Positions 41,911 to 51,743 of a stretch of 64,000 bases of DNA are shown one piece after another. How positions within the stretch are numbered: position 1 is the first letter of the stretch; each line of letters opens with the position of its first letter. The position numbers and the translations under genes were made by a program. The notes under the pieces are model-generated. The model worked only from the letters and a program-made list of their open reading frames with translations. It did no database searches and had not been told where the DNA came from. Where the stretch lies: NCBI RefSeq assembly GCF_009931435.1, contig NZ_CP043414.1; one strand, written 5' to 3'. The stretch is from Escherichia coli. GTDB taxonomy: Bacteria; Pseudomonadota; Gammaproteobacteria; Enterobacterales; Enterobacteriaceae.

Positions 41911-42945
41911 ATGAAAATTCGCATAATGTTATTTATATTAATTATGATGGTAATGCCTGTGAGTTATGCAGCATGTTATGGAGAGTTATCTGCTCAGCAT
42001 AATTTGGCTGTTCAGGGGGATTTTGCACTGACTCAAACACAAACGGCGACATATGAGCATAATTTCAACGATTCATCATGTGTGAGTACAAATACCATCA
42101 TTCCCATGAATTCATCGGATATTATTGTTGGGCTGTATAACGATACTATTAAATTAAATTTACATTTTGAATGGATCAATAAAAACAACATCACGTTGTC
42201 AAATAATCAGACCAGTTTCACCAGTGGTTATTCGATAACGGTAACACCTGCGGCTAGTAATGCAAAAGTAAATGTTTCTGCGGGGGGCAGCGGTTCAGTG
42301 ATGATTAATGGTGTTGCGACATTATCCAGTGCTTCATCATCGACACGCGGGAGTGCTGCAGTACAATTTTTACTGTGTTTATTCGGTGGCAAGTCATGGG
42401 ATGCATGTGTAAATAGCTACAGAAATGCATTGGCACAAAATGCAGGTGTCTATTCCTTTAATCTGACATTGTCATACAACCCGATAACCACAACCTGCAA
42501 ACCGGACGATTTATTAATTACTTTAGAGAGTATTCCCATTTCACAATTACCAGCTACAGGTAACAAAGCAACAATAAATAGTAACAAAGGGGATATTGTT
42601 CTGCGTTGTAAAAACTTATTAGGTCAACAAAATCAAACATCACGGAAAATGCAGGTGTATTTATCAAGTTCTGATTTGTTAACCAACAGCAACACAATAC
42701 TGAAAGGTGCGGAAGATAATGGCGTAGGATTTATTCTTGAAAGTAATGGTTCTCCAGTCACACTTTTAAATATCACTAACAGCAGTAAAGAATACACAAA
42801 TTTAAAAGAAATTGCGGCAAAGTCAAAACTTACAGATACAACGGTTTCAATTCCGGTAACTGCCAGTTACTACGTCTACGATACAAATAAAGTTAAATCT
42901 GGCGCTCTGGAGGCTACCGCCTTAATCAACGTGAAATATGATTAA
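41911..42945 (+). CDS. yehA: Fimbrial adhesin-like protein
   Basis: 344-aa ORF with signal peptide; last gene of the operon. Confidence 0.8.
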   Translation: MKIRIMLFILIMMVMPVSYAACYGELSAQHNLAVQGDFALTQTQTATYEHNFNDSSCVSTNTIIPMNSSDIIVGLYNDTIKLNLHFEWINKNNITLSNNQTSFTSGYSITVTPAASNAKVNVSAGGSGSVMINGVATLSSASSSTRGSAAVQFLLCLFGGKSWDACVNSYRNALAQNAGVYSFNLTLSYNPITTTCKPDDLLITLESIPISQLPATGNKATINSNKGDIVLRCKNLLGQQNQTSRKMQVYLSSSDLLTNSNTILKGAEDNGVGFILESNGSPVTLLNITNSSKEYTNLKEIAAKSKLTDTTVSIPVTASYYVYDTNKVKSGALEATALINVKYD

Positions 42946-42989
42946 TAACAAGTAAGACGAGCAAGTGGCTAATAATAAAAAATAACAAG

Positions 42990-43030
42990 GTGTCTGCATT
43001 TCCCCCTCATGATGAGGGGGCTTTTTTTAG
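42990..43030. terminator. Bidirectional terminator between yehA and rcnB
   Basis: Palindrome ccccctcatgatgaggggg flanked by T-runs on both strands. Confidence 0.55.
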
Positions 43031-43365
43031 CGATGATAAAAAATCTCACCGTCGTAGGCTTTAATGATTTTACCGTCGGCATCGTTGATCAACACGTATG
43101 CGCCACCCATATAGGTCCAGTGCGTTCCGGCATCAGGAGCGGGCAGGTTACGTAACTGCCACTGCTTAATGTTGTACTCATCGGTGCGGTACATCTCTGG
43201 GACGGTATCGCCTGGTTTGAAATGCTTAAAGTCAGCAATGAAACTGCTTAACTCATACTTAGAAATTCCCGAGGTATTGGTCGAACCCGCGGTGGCTGGT
43301 GCGGCCCAGGCGGCACTGGTAACCAGCAATAGCGCACCCAGCAACATCTTATTTTTAATGGTCAT
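43027..43365 (-). CDS. rcnB: Periplasmic nickel/cobalt homeostasis protein RcnB
   Basis: Start MTIKNKMLLGALLLVTSAAWA (signal peptide) with ggagag Shine-Dalgarno-like sequence gives 112 aa; the 172-aa ORF-track call has a spurious N-terminal extension. Confidence 0.85.
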   Translation of the reverse strand: MTIKNKMLLGALLLVTSAAWAAPATAGSTNTSGISKYELSSFIADFKHFKPGDTVPEMYRTDEYNIKQWQLRNLPAPDAGTHWTYMGGAYVLINDADGKIIKAYDGEIFYHR

Positions 43366-43569
43366 ATACTCTCCACTTTGGGGATCTGTAATATCAGTCG
43401 CATATCTTTCCTGCCATACAATATAACTGACAAGCGATATTTTGTTAGTGATCCCATGATTTCGTAAAAAGTGTAAATGAAAGGATGCCCTAAAAGCATC
43501 CTTAGCGAGCAGAGAGCCAGCGGAAATAGCTGATTTAAGAATCATCCTGGGCTGAAGATAACATGCAGC

Positions 43570-44391
43570 CTATCGCATAATGCCCATAAAGCCATGCACG
43601 CCCATATACACCCCAACTAAGCCAATCAACAGACTGGAAAAATAGGGCGCACGTTTAGCGAGAGTGTTAAATCCGCTCCAGCGTTTTGCGACCTGCTGAA
43701 CGCTGATTGCTGCGCCAACGCCTACGGTGACCAGCGTTAACGCCAGGCCAATGCTGAAACTGACGACCAGTGTTGCGCCCAGTGTCAGGGCTTTCAACTG
43801 AATACAAATCAACAGCACGGTAATTGCTGCCGGGCAGGGGATCAGTCCACCTGTTAACCCAAACAATAAAATTTGCCAGTTGGTCACTTCTCTGCCATTG
43901 AAGCGTCGTTTGATGTCATTGGCATGGGCTCGTGCATGAGCATCCTGATACTCCCCATGTTCGTGATGGTGATGATGTCCATGGTCGTGGTGATCTTCGT
44001 GATCGTGATGATACTCATGATCATGCCCGTGCATATTCTCCAGCCAGTTGCGTTCGCCGCGCCAGGTACGCCAGAACATCCAGAACGCGGTGCCAATAAT
44101 GATCACCGCGGAAATCAACTGGAGCCACGGTTCTGCAGATTGAGCAGTAAAACGTTTGCTGATCACCATCCCGCCAAAGGCAATCAACCAGACCACCGCG
44201 GTATGCGAAAGGGTTGCTGCCAGTCCGAGCATCACCGCCTGTTTAATGGTGCCTTTGATGGCGATGATAAACGCCGCCATCATCGTTTTTGAGTGCCCTG
44301 GTTCCAGGCCATGAAGCGCACCAAGTAAGATGGCGCTGGGAATGAAGAACCAGGCGTTTCCTTGCTGAAGAAGAGTGGTAAATTCGGTCAT
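43570..44391 (-). CDS. rcnA: Nickel/cobalt efflux permease RcnA
   Basis: 273-aa membrane ORF with histidine-rich loop HGHDHEYHHDHEDHHDHGHHHHHEHGEYQDAHARAHA. Confidence 0.9.
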   Translation of the reverse strand: MTEFTTLLQQGNAWFFIPSAILLGALHGLEPGHSKTMMAAFIIAIKGTIKQAVMLGLAATLSHTAVVWLIAFGGMVISKRFTAQSAEPWLQLISAVIIIGTAFWMFWRTWRGERNWLENMHGHDHEYHHDHEDHHDHGHHHHHEHGEYQDAHARAHANDIKRRFNGREVTNWQILLFGLTGGLIPCPAAITVLLICIQLKALTLGATLVVSFSIGLALTLVTVGVGAAISVQQVAKRWSGFNTLAKRAPYFSSLLIGLVGVYMGVHGFMGIMR

Positions 44392-44428
44392 GATAATAAT
44401 TCTTAGTATTAATTCGGCAATCCGATTC

Positions 44429-44463
44429 TACTCCCCCCCAGTACCTGATACTACCCCCCAGTA
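44429..44463. promoter_or_regulatory. Two RcnR operator sites in the rcnA-rcnR divergent promoter region
   Basis: tactcccccccagta (44429..44443) and tactaccccccagta (44449..44463), each a TACT-G6-N-AGTA inverted repeat on the complementary strand. Confidence 0.8.
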
Positions 44464-44511
44464 GAATAATAGTGCTATGATTTTTCATGTTCTTGTTAAC
44501 CAGGTGTTGCC

Positions 44512-44784
44512 ATGTCTCATACAATCCGTGATAAACAGAAACTGAAAGCGCGTGCCAGTAAGATTCAGGGTCAGGTCGTGGCGCTCAAGAAAATGCTCGA
44601 CGAGCCGCACGAATGCGCAGCTGTTCTACAACAGATTGCTGCTATCCGTGGCGCGGTAAACGGTCTGATGCGGGAAGTGATTAAAGGTCATCTGACGGAA
44701 CACATCGTTCACCAGGGGGATGAGCTAAAACGTGAAGAAGATCTGGATGTCGTTCTGAAGGTGCTGGATTCATATATCAAATAA
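44512..44784 (+). CDS. rcnR: Ni/Co-responsive transcriptional repressor RcnR
   Basis: 90-aa ORF ([29 protein letters not shown]), CsoR/RcnR family. Confidence 0.9.
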
Positions 44785-44869
44785 TTTCACAACGTTATTG
44801 TAATCCCGCCGTTTTTCCTCGTTTACAACGTGTGCGCGGGACATTACCATCCATCTCTGCGATTCATCA

Positions 44870-45006
44870 TCGCAACCAAACGACTCGGGGTGCCCTTCTG
44901 CGTGAAGGCTGAGAAATACCCGTATCACCTGATCTGGATAATGCCAGCGTAGGGAAGTCACAGACCACCAGGTCATTGCTTCTTCACGTTATGGCAGGAG
45001 CAAACT
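44870..45006 (+). promoter_or_regulatory. Thiamine pyrophosphate (TPP) riboswitch in the thiM leader
   Basis: Canonical aptamer ggggtgcccttctgcgtgaaggctgagaaatacccgtatcacctgatctggataatgccagcgtagggaa, then an expression platform containing the ggcaggag Shine-Dalgarno sequence just before the thiM ATG. Confidence 0.9.
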
Positions 45007-45795
45007 ATGCAAGTCGACCTGCTGAGTTCCGCGCAATCAGCGCACGCGTTAAACCTCTTTTACCAACACTCTCCTCTTGTGCATTGCATGACCAATGATG
45101 TGGTGCAAACCTTTACTGCCAATACTTTACTGGTGCTCGGTGCATCGCCAGCGATGGTTATCGAAGCAGAAGAGGCCAGTCAATTTGCGGCTATCGCCAG
45201 TGCCTTGCTAATTAACGTCGGCACGCTGACGCAGCCACGCGCACAGGCAATGCGTGCTGCCGTTGAACAGGCAACACACTCCCAAACGCCCTGGACGCTT
45301 GATCCGGTCGCGGTTGGCGCACTCGATTATCGTCGCCGTTTTTGTCATGAACTTTTATCTTTTAAACCGACAGCGATACGTGGTAATGCTTCGGAAATCA
45401 TGGCATTAGCTGGCGTTGCTAATGGTGGACGGGGAGTGGACACCACTGACGCCGCGGCTAACGCGATACCTGCTGCACAAACACTGGCACGGGAAACTGG
45501 CGCAATCGTCGTGGTCACTGGCGAGGTGGATTATATTACCGATGGTCGTCGCACCGTTGGCATTCACGGCGGCAATTCGTTAATGACCAAAGTGGTAGGA
45601 ACTGGCTGTGCATTATCGGCAGTTGTCGCTGCCTGTTGTGCATTACCAGGCGATATGCTGGAAAATATCGCATCTGCCTGTCACTGGATGAAACAAGCCG
45701 GAGAACGCGCCGTCGCCAGAAGTGAAGGGCCTGGCAGTTTTGTTCCCCATTTTCTTGATGCGCTCTGGCAATTGACGCAGGAGGTGCAGGCATGA
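45007..45795 (+). CDS. thiM: Hydroxyethylthiazole kinase
   Basis: 262-aa ORF directly downstream of the TPP riboswitch; overlaps thiD by 4 nt. Confidence 0.9.
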   Translation: MQVDLLSSAQSAHALNLFYQHSPLVHCMTNDVVQTFTANTLLVLGASPAMVIEAEEASQFAAIASALLINVGTLTQPRAQAMRAAVEQATHSQTPWTLDPVAVGALDYRRRFCHELLSFKPTAIRGNASEIMALAGVANGGRGVDTTDAAANAIPAAQTLARETGAIVVVTGEVDYITDGRRTVGIHGGNSLMTKVVGTGCALSAVVAACCALPGDMLENIASACHWMKQAGERAVARSEGPGSFVPHFLDALWQLTQEVQA

Positions 45796-46592
45796 AACGG
45801 ATTAACGCTCTGACAATTGCAGGCACTGATCCCAGTGGTGGCGCAGGAATTCAGGCAGATCTCAAAACGTTCTCTGCACTTGGTGCTTATGGTTGTTCAG
45901 TAATAACCGCCCTGGTAGCGCAAAACACCCGAGGCGTGCAATCGGTGTATCGCATAGATCCTGATTTTGTCGCCGCGCAGTTGGATTCGGTGTTCACTGA
46001 TGTGCGAATCGACACCACTAAAATCGGTATGTTGGCGGAAACCGATATTGTTGAAGCGGTGGCAGAACGGTTGCAACGTTATCAGATCCAAAACGTGGTA
46101 CTCGACACCGTTATGCTGGCAAAAAGCGGCGACCCTCTGCTTTCACCTTCGGCGGTTGCCACGCTGCGCAGTCGATTATTGCCACAGGTTTCATTAATAA
46201 CGCCAAACTTGCCCGAAGCTGCCGCCTTGCTCGACGCGCCACACGCGCGCAACGAACAGGAAATGCTGGAACAAGGGCGATCGCTGTTGGCGATGGGCTG
46301 TGGCGCAGTGCTAATGAAAGGTGGTCATCTGGATGATGAGCAAAGCCCGGACTGGCTGTTTACTCGCGAGGGGGAACAACGGTTTACTGCACCGCGCATT
46401 ATGACCAAAAACACCCACGGCACTGGTTGTACGCTCTCTGCGGCGTTGGCTGCACTGCGCCCGCGCCATACAAACTGGGCTGACACCGTCCAGGAGGCAA
46501 AAAGCTGGCTTTCATCGGCGTTAGCCCAGGCCGACACGCTGGAAGTTGGTCACGGTATTGGTCCGGTTCACCACTTCCACGCCTGGTGGTGA
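45792..46592 (+). CDS. thiD: Hydroxymethylpyrimidine / phosphomethylpyrimidine kinase
   Basis: 266-aa ORF; ribokinase-like motifs. Confidence 0.9.
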   Translation: MKRINALTIAGTDPSGGAGIQADLKTFSALGAYGCSVITALVAQNTRGVQSVYRIDPDFVAAQLDSVFTDVRIDTTKIGMLAETDIVEAVAERLQRYQIQNVVLDTVMLAKSGDPLLSPSAVATLRSRLLPQVSLITPNLPEAAALLDAPHARNEQEMLEQGRSLLAMGCGAVLMKGGHLDDEQSPDWLFTREGEQRFTAPRIMTKNTHGTGCTLSAALAALRPRHTNWADTVQEAKSWLSSALAQADTLEVGHGIGPVHHFHAWW

Positions 46593-46647
46593 GCACCTTA
46601 CTATAGCTGCTTTGGTTATTGTCAGTATTTAGCGCTGACATTCAGGG

Positions 46648-47475
46648 ATGAAACCAATGCAGCTGAGAATCACCAGTCGAAAAAAATTCACCGCTTTATT
46701 ATGCGCTCTTGGGCTAATTTCCATCGTTGCAATTTATCCGCGTCAGACGGTGAATTTTTTCTATTCGACAGCAATTCAGATTAAAGACTACATCCACTTC
46801 TACGGTTATCGTCCGGTTAAATCTTTCGCTATTCGCATTCCTGCCAGTTACACCATTCACGGAATAGATGTTTCGCGCTGGCAGGAGCGGATCGACTGGC
46901 AGCGGGTGGCAAAAATGCGCGATAACGGTATTCGCTTGCAATTTGCCTTTATCAAGGCGACGGAAGGCGAAAAACTGGTGGACCCGTATTTTTCGCGTAA
47001 CTGGCAACTAAGCCGCGAAAATGGCCTGTTGCGTGGGGCGTATCATTATTTTTCCCCGTCGGTATCCGCCTCAGTTCAGGCGCGATTATTTCTGCAAACG
47101 GTGGATTTTGCCCACGGTGATCTCCCTGCTGTGCTGGACGTAGAAGAGCGCGGAAAATTATCGGCGAAGGAATTACGCAAGCAGGTAAGTCAGTGGCTAA
47201 AAATGGTCGAAAAAAGCACAGGAAAAAAGCCGATTATTTATGCAGGCGCGACGTTTTATCACACGAATCTGGCGGGGTATTTCAATGAATATCCGTGGTG
47301 GGTGGCTCACTATTATCAACGTCGTCCGGACAATGACGGCATGGCCTGGCGCTTCTGGCAGCATTCCGACCGTGGACAGGTAGATGGCATTAATGGTCTG
47401 GTGGATTTTAATGTGTTTAATGGCACGGTGGAGGAGCTGCAGGGATTCGTTGATGGGATTAAAGAAACGCCTTAA
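46648..47475 (+). CDS. yegX: Glycoside hydrolase family 25 (lysozyme-like) protein; start uncertain
   Basis: 275-aa ORF with N-terminal hydrophobic segment and GH25-like sequence. Confidence 0.75.
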   Translation: MKPMQLRITSRKKFTALLCALGLISIVAIYPRQTVNFFYSTAIQIKDYIHFYGYRPVKSFAIRIPASYTIHGIDVSRWQERIDWQRVAKMRDNGIRLQFAFIKATEGEKLVDPYFSRNWQLSRENGLLRGAYHYFSPSVSASVQARLFLQTVDFAHGDLPAVLDVEERGKLSAKELRKQVSQWLKMVEKSTGKKPIIYAGATFYHTNLAGYFNEYPWWVAHYYQRRPDNDGMAWRFWQHSDRGQVDGINGLVDFNVFNGTVEELQGFVDGIKETP

Positions 47476-47526
47476 ATAAGAAGCAGTGATATACTCCCAC
47501 CAGACTCCCTGGCAGGAAAAAGACAA

Positions 47527-48273
47527 ATGGAACAAGCGCATACCCAGCTGATTGCCCAACTGAACGAACGTATTTTAGCGGCGGATAACACGCCGCTTTA
47601 TATTAAGTTTGCCGAAACGGTGAAAAATGCCGTGCGCAGCGGGGTGCTGGAACATGGCAATATTTTACCCGGCGAGCGCGATTTAAGTCAGTTAACCGGC
47701 GTTTCGCGCATTACGGTGCGCAAGGCGATGCAGGCGCTGGAAGAAGAGGGCGTGGTGACACGTTCGCGCGGCTACGGCACGCAGATTAATAACATCTTTG
47801 AATACTCGTTAAAAGAAGCGCGAGGATTTTCTCAGCAGGTGGTGTTGCGCGGGAAAAAGCCCGATACGCTATGGGTTAACAAGCGAGTGGTTAAATGCCC
47901 TGAAGAGGTGGCGCAGCAATTGGCGGTCGAAGCGGGTAGTGATGTCTTTTTGCTTAAGCGTATTCGCTATGTTGATGAAGAAGCGGTCTCTATTGAGGAG
48001 TCGTGGGTTCCGGCGCATTTAATTCATGATGTTGATGCCATCGGAATCTCTCTTTATGACTACTTCCGCAGTCAGCATATTTTTCCAAAGCGTACCCGTT
48101 CCCGCGTTAGCGCCCGGATGCCGGATGCCGAGTTTCAGTCACATATTCAATTAGATAGTAAAATACCGGTGCTGGTGATCAAGCAAGTGGCGCTTGACCA
48201 ACAGCAACGGCCTATTGAGTACAGCATCAGCCACTGTCGCAGTGATCTATACGTTTTTGTGTGTGAGGAGTAG
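47527..48273 (+). CDS. yegW: GntR-family transcriptional regulator
   Basis: 248-aa ORF; N-terminal winged helix-turn-helix, UTRA-like C-terminal domain. Confidence 0.8.
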   Translation: MEQAHTQLIAQLNERILAADNTPLYIKFAETVKNAVRSGVLEHGNILPGERDLSQLTGVSRITVRKAMQALEEEGVVTRSRGYGTQINNIFEYSLKEARGFSQQVVLRGKKPDTLWVNKRVVKCPEEVAQQLAVEAGSDVFLLKRIRYVDEEAVSIEESWVPAHLIHDVDAIGISLYDYFRSQHIFPKRTRSRVSARMPDAEFQSHIQLDSKIPVLVIKQVALDQQQRPIEYSISHCRSDLYVFVCEE

Positions 48274-49212
48274 TTCCTCGCGGGTTGGCGCGCAATCACC
48301 GCCGCGATGCCCGACAACCCACGACGCCACTGCATTGCCCAGCAATACGGCATCCGCCAGTGGCAAACCAGAGGCCAGTCCAGCTAATACGCCACCTGCA
48401 TGACTGTCGCCCGCCCCAATGGTGTCTACAACTTGCGTTGGAAATGCCGGGATGCAGCCAGAAGCGTTATTGCTGAAATACCATGCGCCTTCTTTATCGA
48501 GACGAACGATCAACGGCGCGGCAAATTTCTCCTGCCATTGCTTGCCAAGTGTTGTTATCTCTGCTGATAAAGCAAAACGTTCGGCGGCAATCTCACCCTC
48601 CTGACGATTGAGTGACACTAAAGGTCGACAGGCCATGATTCGCGCCAGTAATGCATCCGGGATATCGCCAATACGTGGGCCAAAATCGATGAACGGCGTC
48701 ACGTCTTGCAGACTCTCCAGCCATTCCACTAACAATTCACCGCAGGGCGAGGCCAGTTGATAACCAGAAAAATAGAGCAGGCTGCCAGGCGCAACGGTTA
48801 ATCGCGCCAACCATTCGCGATTCCACTGATTTTCCACACCACTGAACGACATAAACGTGCGTTCACCATCAGGCTCAACCAGCGCCAGACACCAGCCGTT
48901 ATCGCCTTCGGCGTTATCGATGAGGCTGATTAATCCTTCTTTCGCCATCCGGTTACGAATAATTTCCGCCCACACACCCTGGCCGAGCGGCAGGGCATTA
49001 CCCGCTTCGATACCGAGGCGCTTTAACGCCACGGCAATATTCAGTGCGCAGCCGCCAACGTTAACGCTCTGCTGTTTCAGTTCGATATCGCACCCACGCC
49101 AGGGGAGGGCATAAGCGTCGGCGATCACATCAATGACTGCCGCGCCGACGACCATCACCGGCTGACGCGTGGTTAATTCAGGCAGCAGCGTGTGTAATCG
49201 AGCGCCGCTCAT
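48247..49212 (-). CDS. yegV: PfkB-family carbohydrate/nucleoside kinase
   Basis: 321-aa ORF; ribokinase-family motifs (GAGDSHAGG); 3' end overlaps convergent yegW. Confidence 0.8.
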   Translation of the reverse strand: MSGARLHTLLPELTTRQPVMVVGAAVIDVIADAYALPWRGCDIELKQQSVNVGGCALNIAVALKRLGIEAGNALPLGQGVWAEIIRNRMAKEGLISLIDNAEGDNGWCLALVEPDGERTFMSFSGVENQWNREWLARLTVAPGSLLYFSGYQLASPCGELLVEWLESLQDVTPFIDFGPRIGDIPDALLARIMACRPLVSLNRQEGEIAAERFALSAEITTLGKQWQEKFAAPLIVRLDKEGAWYFSNNASGCIPAFPTQVVDTIGAGDSHAGGVLAGLASGLPLADAVLLGNAVASWVVGHRGGDCAPTREELLLTHKNV

Positions 49213-50213
49213 GCCGCCTCCCGTTGTTGGCGATACTTTGCCAGCGCCGTGGCATAATGATTAAAATCAAGCTGATTTACCGCATCCAGCTCCGTCTTAA
49301 ACGCAGGATCGATAGCGTTAACGCCATGCAATGCGCCGCAAATCGCCGTCGCCATAGCGCCGATGGTGTCTGTGTCGCCGCCAAGGTTAGCGCACAGGAT
49401 GGCGCAACGGTTCGGGTCGGTTTGTGCCAGTTCAACCAGCGCAATGGCGCACGGAACGGACTCAATAGTACTGGTACCTGCCCCAACCACCTGATACAGC
49501 TGTTCGCTGGCGGATTCGGTGCCGTCGGCATTGCGCACAATTTTCAGCGCAATCTCCAGACGTGCTGCCAGTGAGGCGCTGAAGGTAGTGATGCGTTTTT
49601 GCTGTGCATGTCGCGCAATCGAGGGTAGAGAATCAACAATCGCTGACCAGCTTTCTCCGTCAATGGCACGGGAAATCGCCCATGCGATGACTACCGCACC
49701 TGCCACCGCCAGATCGGATTTATGGGTCGGGCTGGACGCCAGCGCCACATCATCAATAAAGGAATCAACATTGCGCGCCGGAAGCAAACAACCTAATGGC
49801 GAGACGCGCATCGCTGCGCCGTTGGTCACGCCATTGTTTTCCAGTTCAGCAACGGGTTTACCGTCGCGAATGGCGTTAAGCGCAATCTTCGAGGTCGGAC
49901 CTAGTACGTTTTTGTTAAAGGCGTCGAAACGCAGCGCCCAGTCGAGAATATTACGCCCAATCAGATCCGGATCGATCTTGCCTTCACGTTCCAGTAACGC
50001 ATCCGCCAGACACAGCGCCATCGAGGTATCGTCGGTGAATTCGGCGCGGTTAAAATAACAGGCCGCGTTATTCTCCTTTGGTCCAGGAAGAAAACGGTCA
50101 ATCCAGCCAAAGTGTGCTTTAACGCGGCTGCGTGGCCAAAGCTCGGAGGGCATCCCCATCGCATCCCCTAACGCCTGCCCATAAAGAGCACCGAGAATAC
50201 GTTCTGTTTTCAT
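49209..50213 (-). CDS. yegU: ADP-ribosylglycohydrolase-family protein
   Basis: 334-aa ORF; overlaps yegV and yegT junctions. Confidence 0.8.
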   Translation of the reverse strand: MKTERILGALYGQALGDAMGMPSELWPRSRVKAHFGWIDRFLPGPKENNAACYFNRAEFTDDTSMALCLADALLEREGKIDPDLIGRNILDWALRFDAFNKNVLGPTSKIALNAIRDGKPVAELENNGVTNGAAMRVSPLGCLLPARNVDSFIDDVALASSPTHKSDLAVAGAVVIAWAISRAIDGESWSAIVDSLPSIARHAQQKRITTFSASLAARLEIALKIVRNADGTESASEQLYQVVGAGTSTIESVPCAIALVELAQTDPNRCAILCANLGGDTDTIGAMATAICGALHGVNAIDPAFKTELDAVNQLDFNHYATALAKYRQQREAA

Positions 50214-51487
50214 TTAACTTCCCCTTGTGTCAACGCAATATCGCGATCATCGACCTTGATAGCCGTAATTTCGTTGTCGGATTCGCGGAAAAAAATCATG
50301 AACAGCACGGCGATAATGGCAATCATCACCGCGCCGAAAGTCCACATCCCGGACCAGTTGAAAGTCAGTCCGTTTACCGGTTCCGGATAAGCGAACATCT
50401 TTTCCATCATCACACCGCCAAGACGATAGCCGAGCAAACTGCCGAATCCCTGGCAGCAGAGCGTGATCAGCCCCTGCGCAGCGGTACGCATATGCACGGG
50501 GGCTTTTTTATCGACATAGATGTAAGCGGTAACGTAGTAAAAATCGTAACTTACGCCATGCAGCAAAATGCCGAGGAACAGTAACGCGTAGGTGAAATAT
50601 TCATCCGCACTACCGTAAATAAAGAAGCCATAGCGGATCGCTGCGGTGACCAGACCAAGTAATAATACCTTTTTGATACCAAAGCGTTTAGTGAAAAACG
50701 GTAATGCCAGCATAAAGAATATTTCAGAGAACTGGCCGAGCGTCATCCAGCCGGTGGCATTTTTCATGCCGACTTCGGTCAGATAACCGTTGGCAAAGAT
50801 GTAATAGAACGCCAGTGGCATCGCAAACAGGAATGAACAGAAGAAAAAGACGAGGAAGTTTTTATCGCGCAGCAGGATCAGCGCATCCAGGCCGAGCATG
50901 ACTTTAATATCCATTTTGCCGGTGCTTTTTGGTGGCGTGTCGGGCAGGAAAAACGCAAACACACCGAGCAGAGCAGAACTTCCGGCGGTAATCAGCAGCG
51001 GGATGTTAGTCGGTGAGATATCGGCATACCCCAGTATTTGCGGCAAGAAACCACATGCCAGACCGGAGGCAATCCAGCCGATAGTGCCCATCACACGAAT
51101 GCGCGGGAAATCACGCTCAACATCCGGCACGTTGGCAAAAGCGATGCTGTTAGTCAGCGCAATGGTCGGCATATAGGTTAGCGAGTAGGCCAGCAGTAAC
51201 GGGAAGAACCCGGCAAAAGTGGTCTGTTGCGCAGCGAAATACATCAGCAGCGCGCCTGCGAACATCAATACCGCCAGCACTTTCTGCGCCGAGAAAAAGC
51301 GGTCAGTGATGGAGCCAACCAGAATTGGCGACAGGATCGCCGCAATGGCGGTACAGGCATACGACCAGCCAATTTCTCCGGCACTAAAACCGCTTTTACT
51401 TAACCACAACCACAATGGCACAAACCACGCGCCCCAGATAAACCATTCAACAAACATCATGAACGACAGCTTTGCTGTTGTTTTCAT
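50210..51487 (-). CDS. yegT: MFS nucleoside:H+ symporter-family transporter
   Basis: 425-aa polytopic membrane ORF. Confidence 0.8.
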   Translation of the reverse strand: MKTTAKLSFMMFVEWFIWGAWFVPLWLWLSKSGFSAGEIGWSYACTAIAAILSPILVGSITDRFFSAQKVLAVLMFAGALLMYFAAQQTTFAGFFPLLLAYSLTYMPTIALTNSIAFANVPDVERDFPRIRVMGTIGWIASGLACGFLPQILGYADISPTNIPLLITAGSSALLGVFAFFLPDTPPKSTGKMDIKVMLGLDALILLRDKNFLVFFFCSFLFAMPLAFYYIFANGYLTEVGMKNATGWMTLGQFSEIFFMLALPFFTKRFGIKKVLLLGLVTAAIRYGFFIYGSADEYFTYALLFLGILLHGVSYDFYYVTAYIYVDKKAPVHMRTAAQGLITLCCQGFGSLLGYRLGGVMMEKMFAYPEPVNGLTFNWSGMWTFGAVMIAIIAVLFMIFFRESDNEITAIKVDDRDIALTQGEVK

Positions 51488-51743
51488 CTTTTAATTCCTT
51501 CATGACAGGTAATGTAAGGTACACGATGACAATACCACTTAATAATACCTTTTAAATACCTTTGCGGTGAAAACTTGACCGCGCTAACATTTTTTCTGAT
51601 GAATCGAGCCAACAGAAAACGCTGAAAAAACATCCAAAAGATGGAAAAACTCGCCCGTAACGACCAGGATTATGATTGCCCGCAAAAGGCGGGCCAGGAC
51701 AATCCATAGCCGATATCCAATCGGAATTTACGGGAGCATAGTA

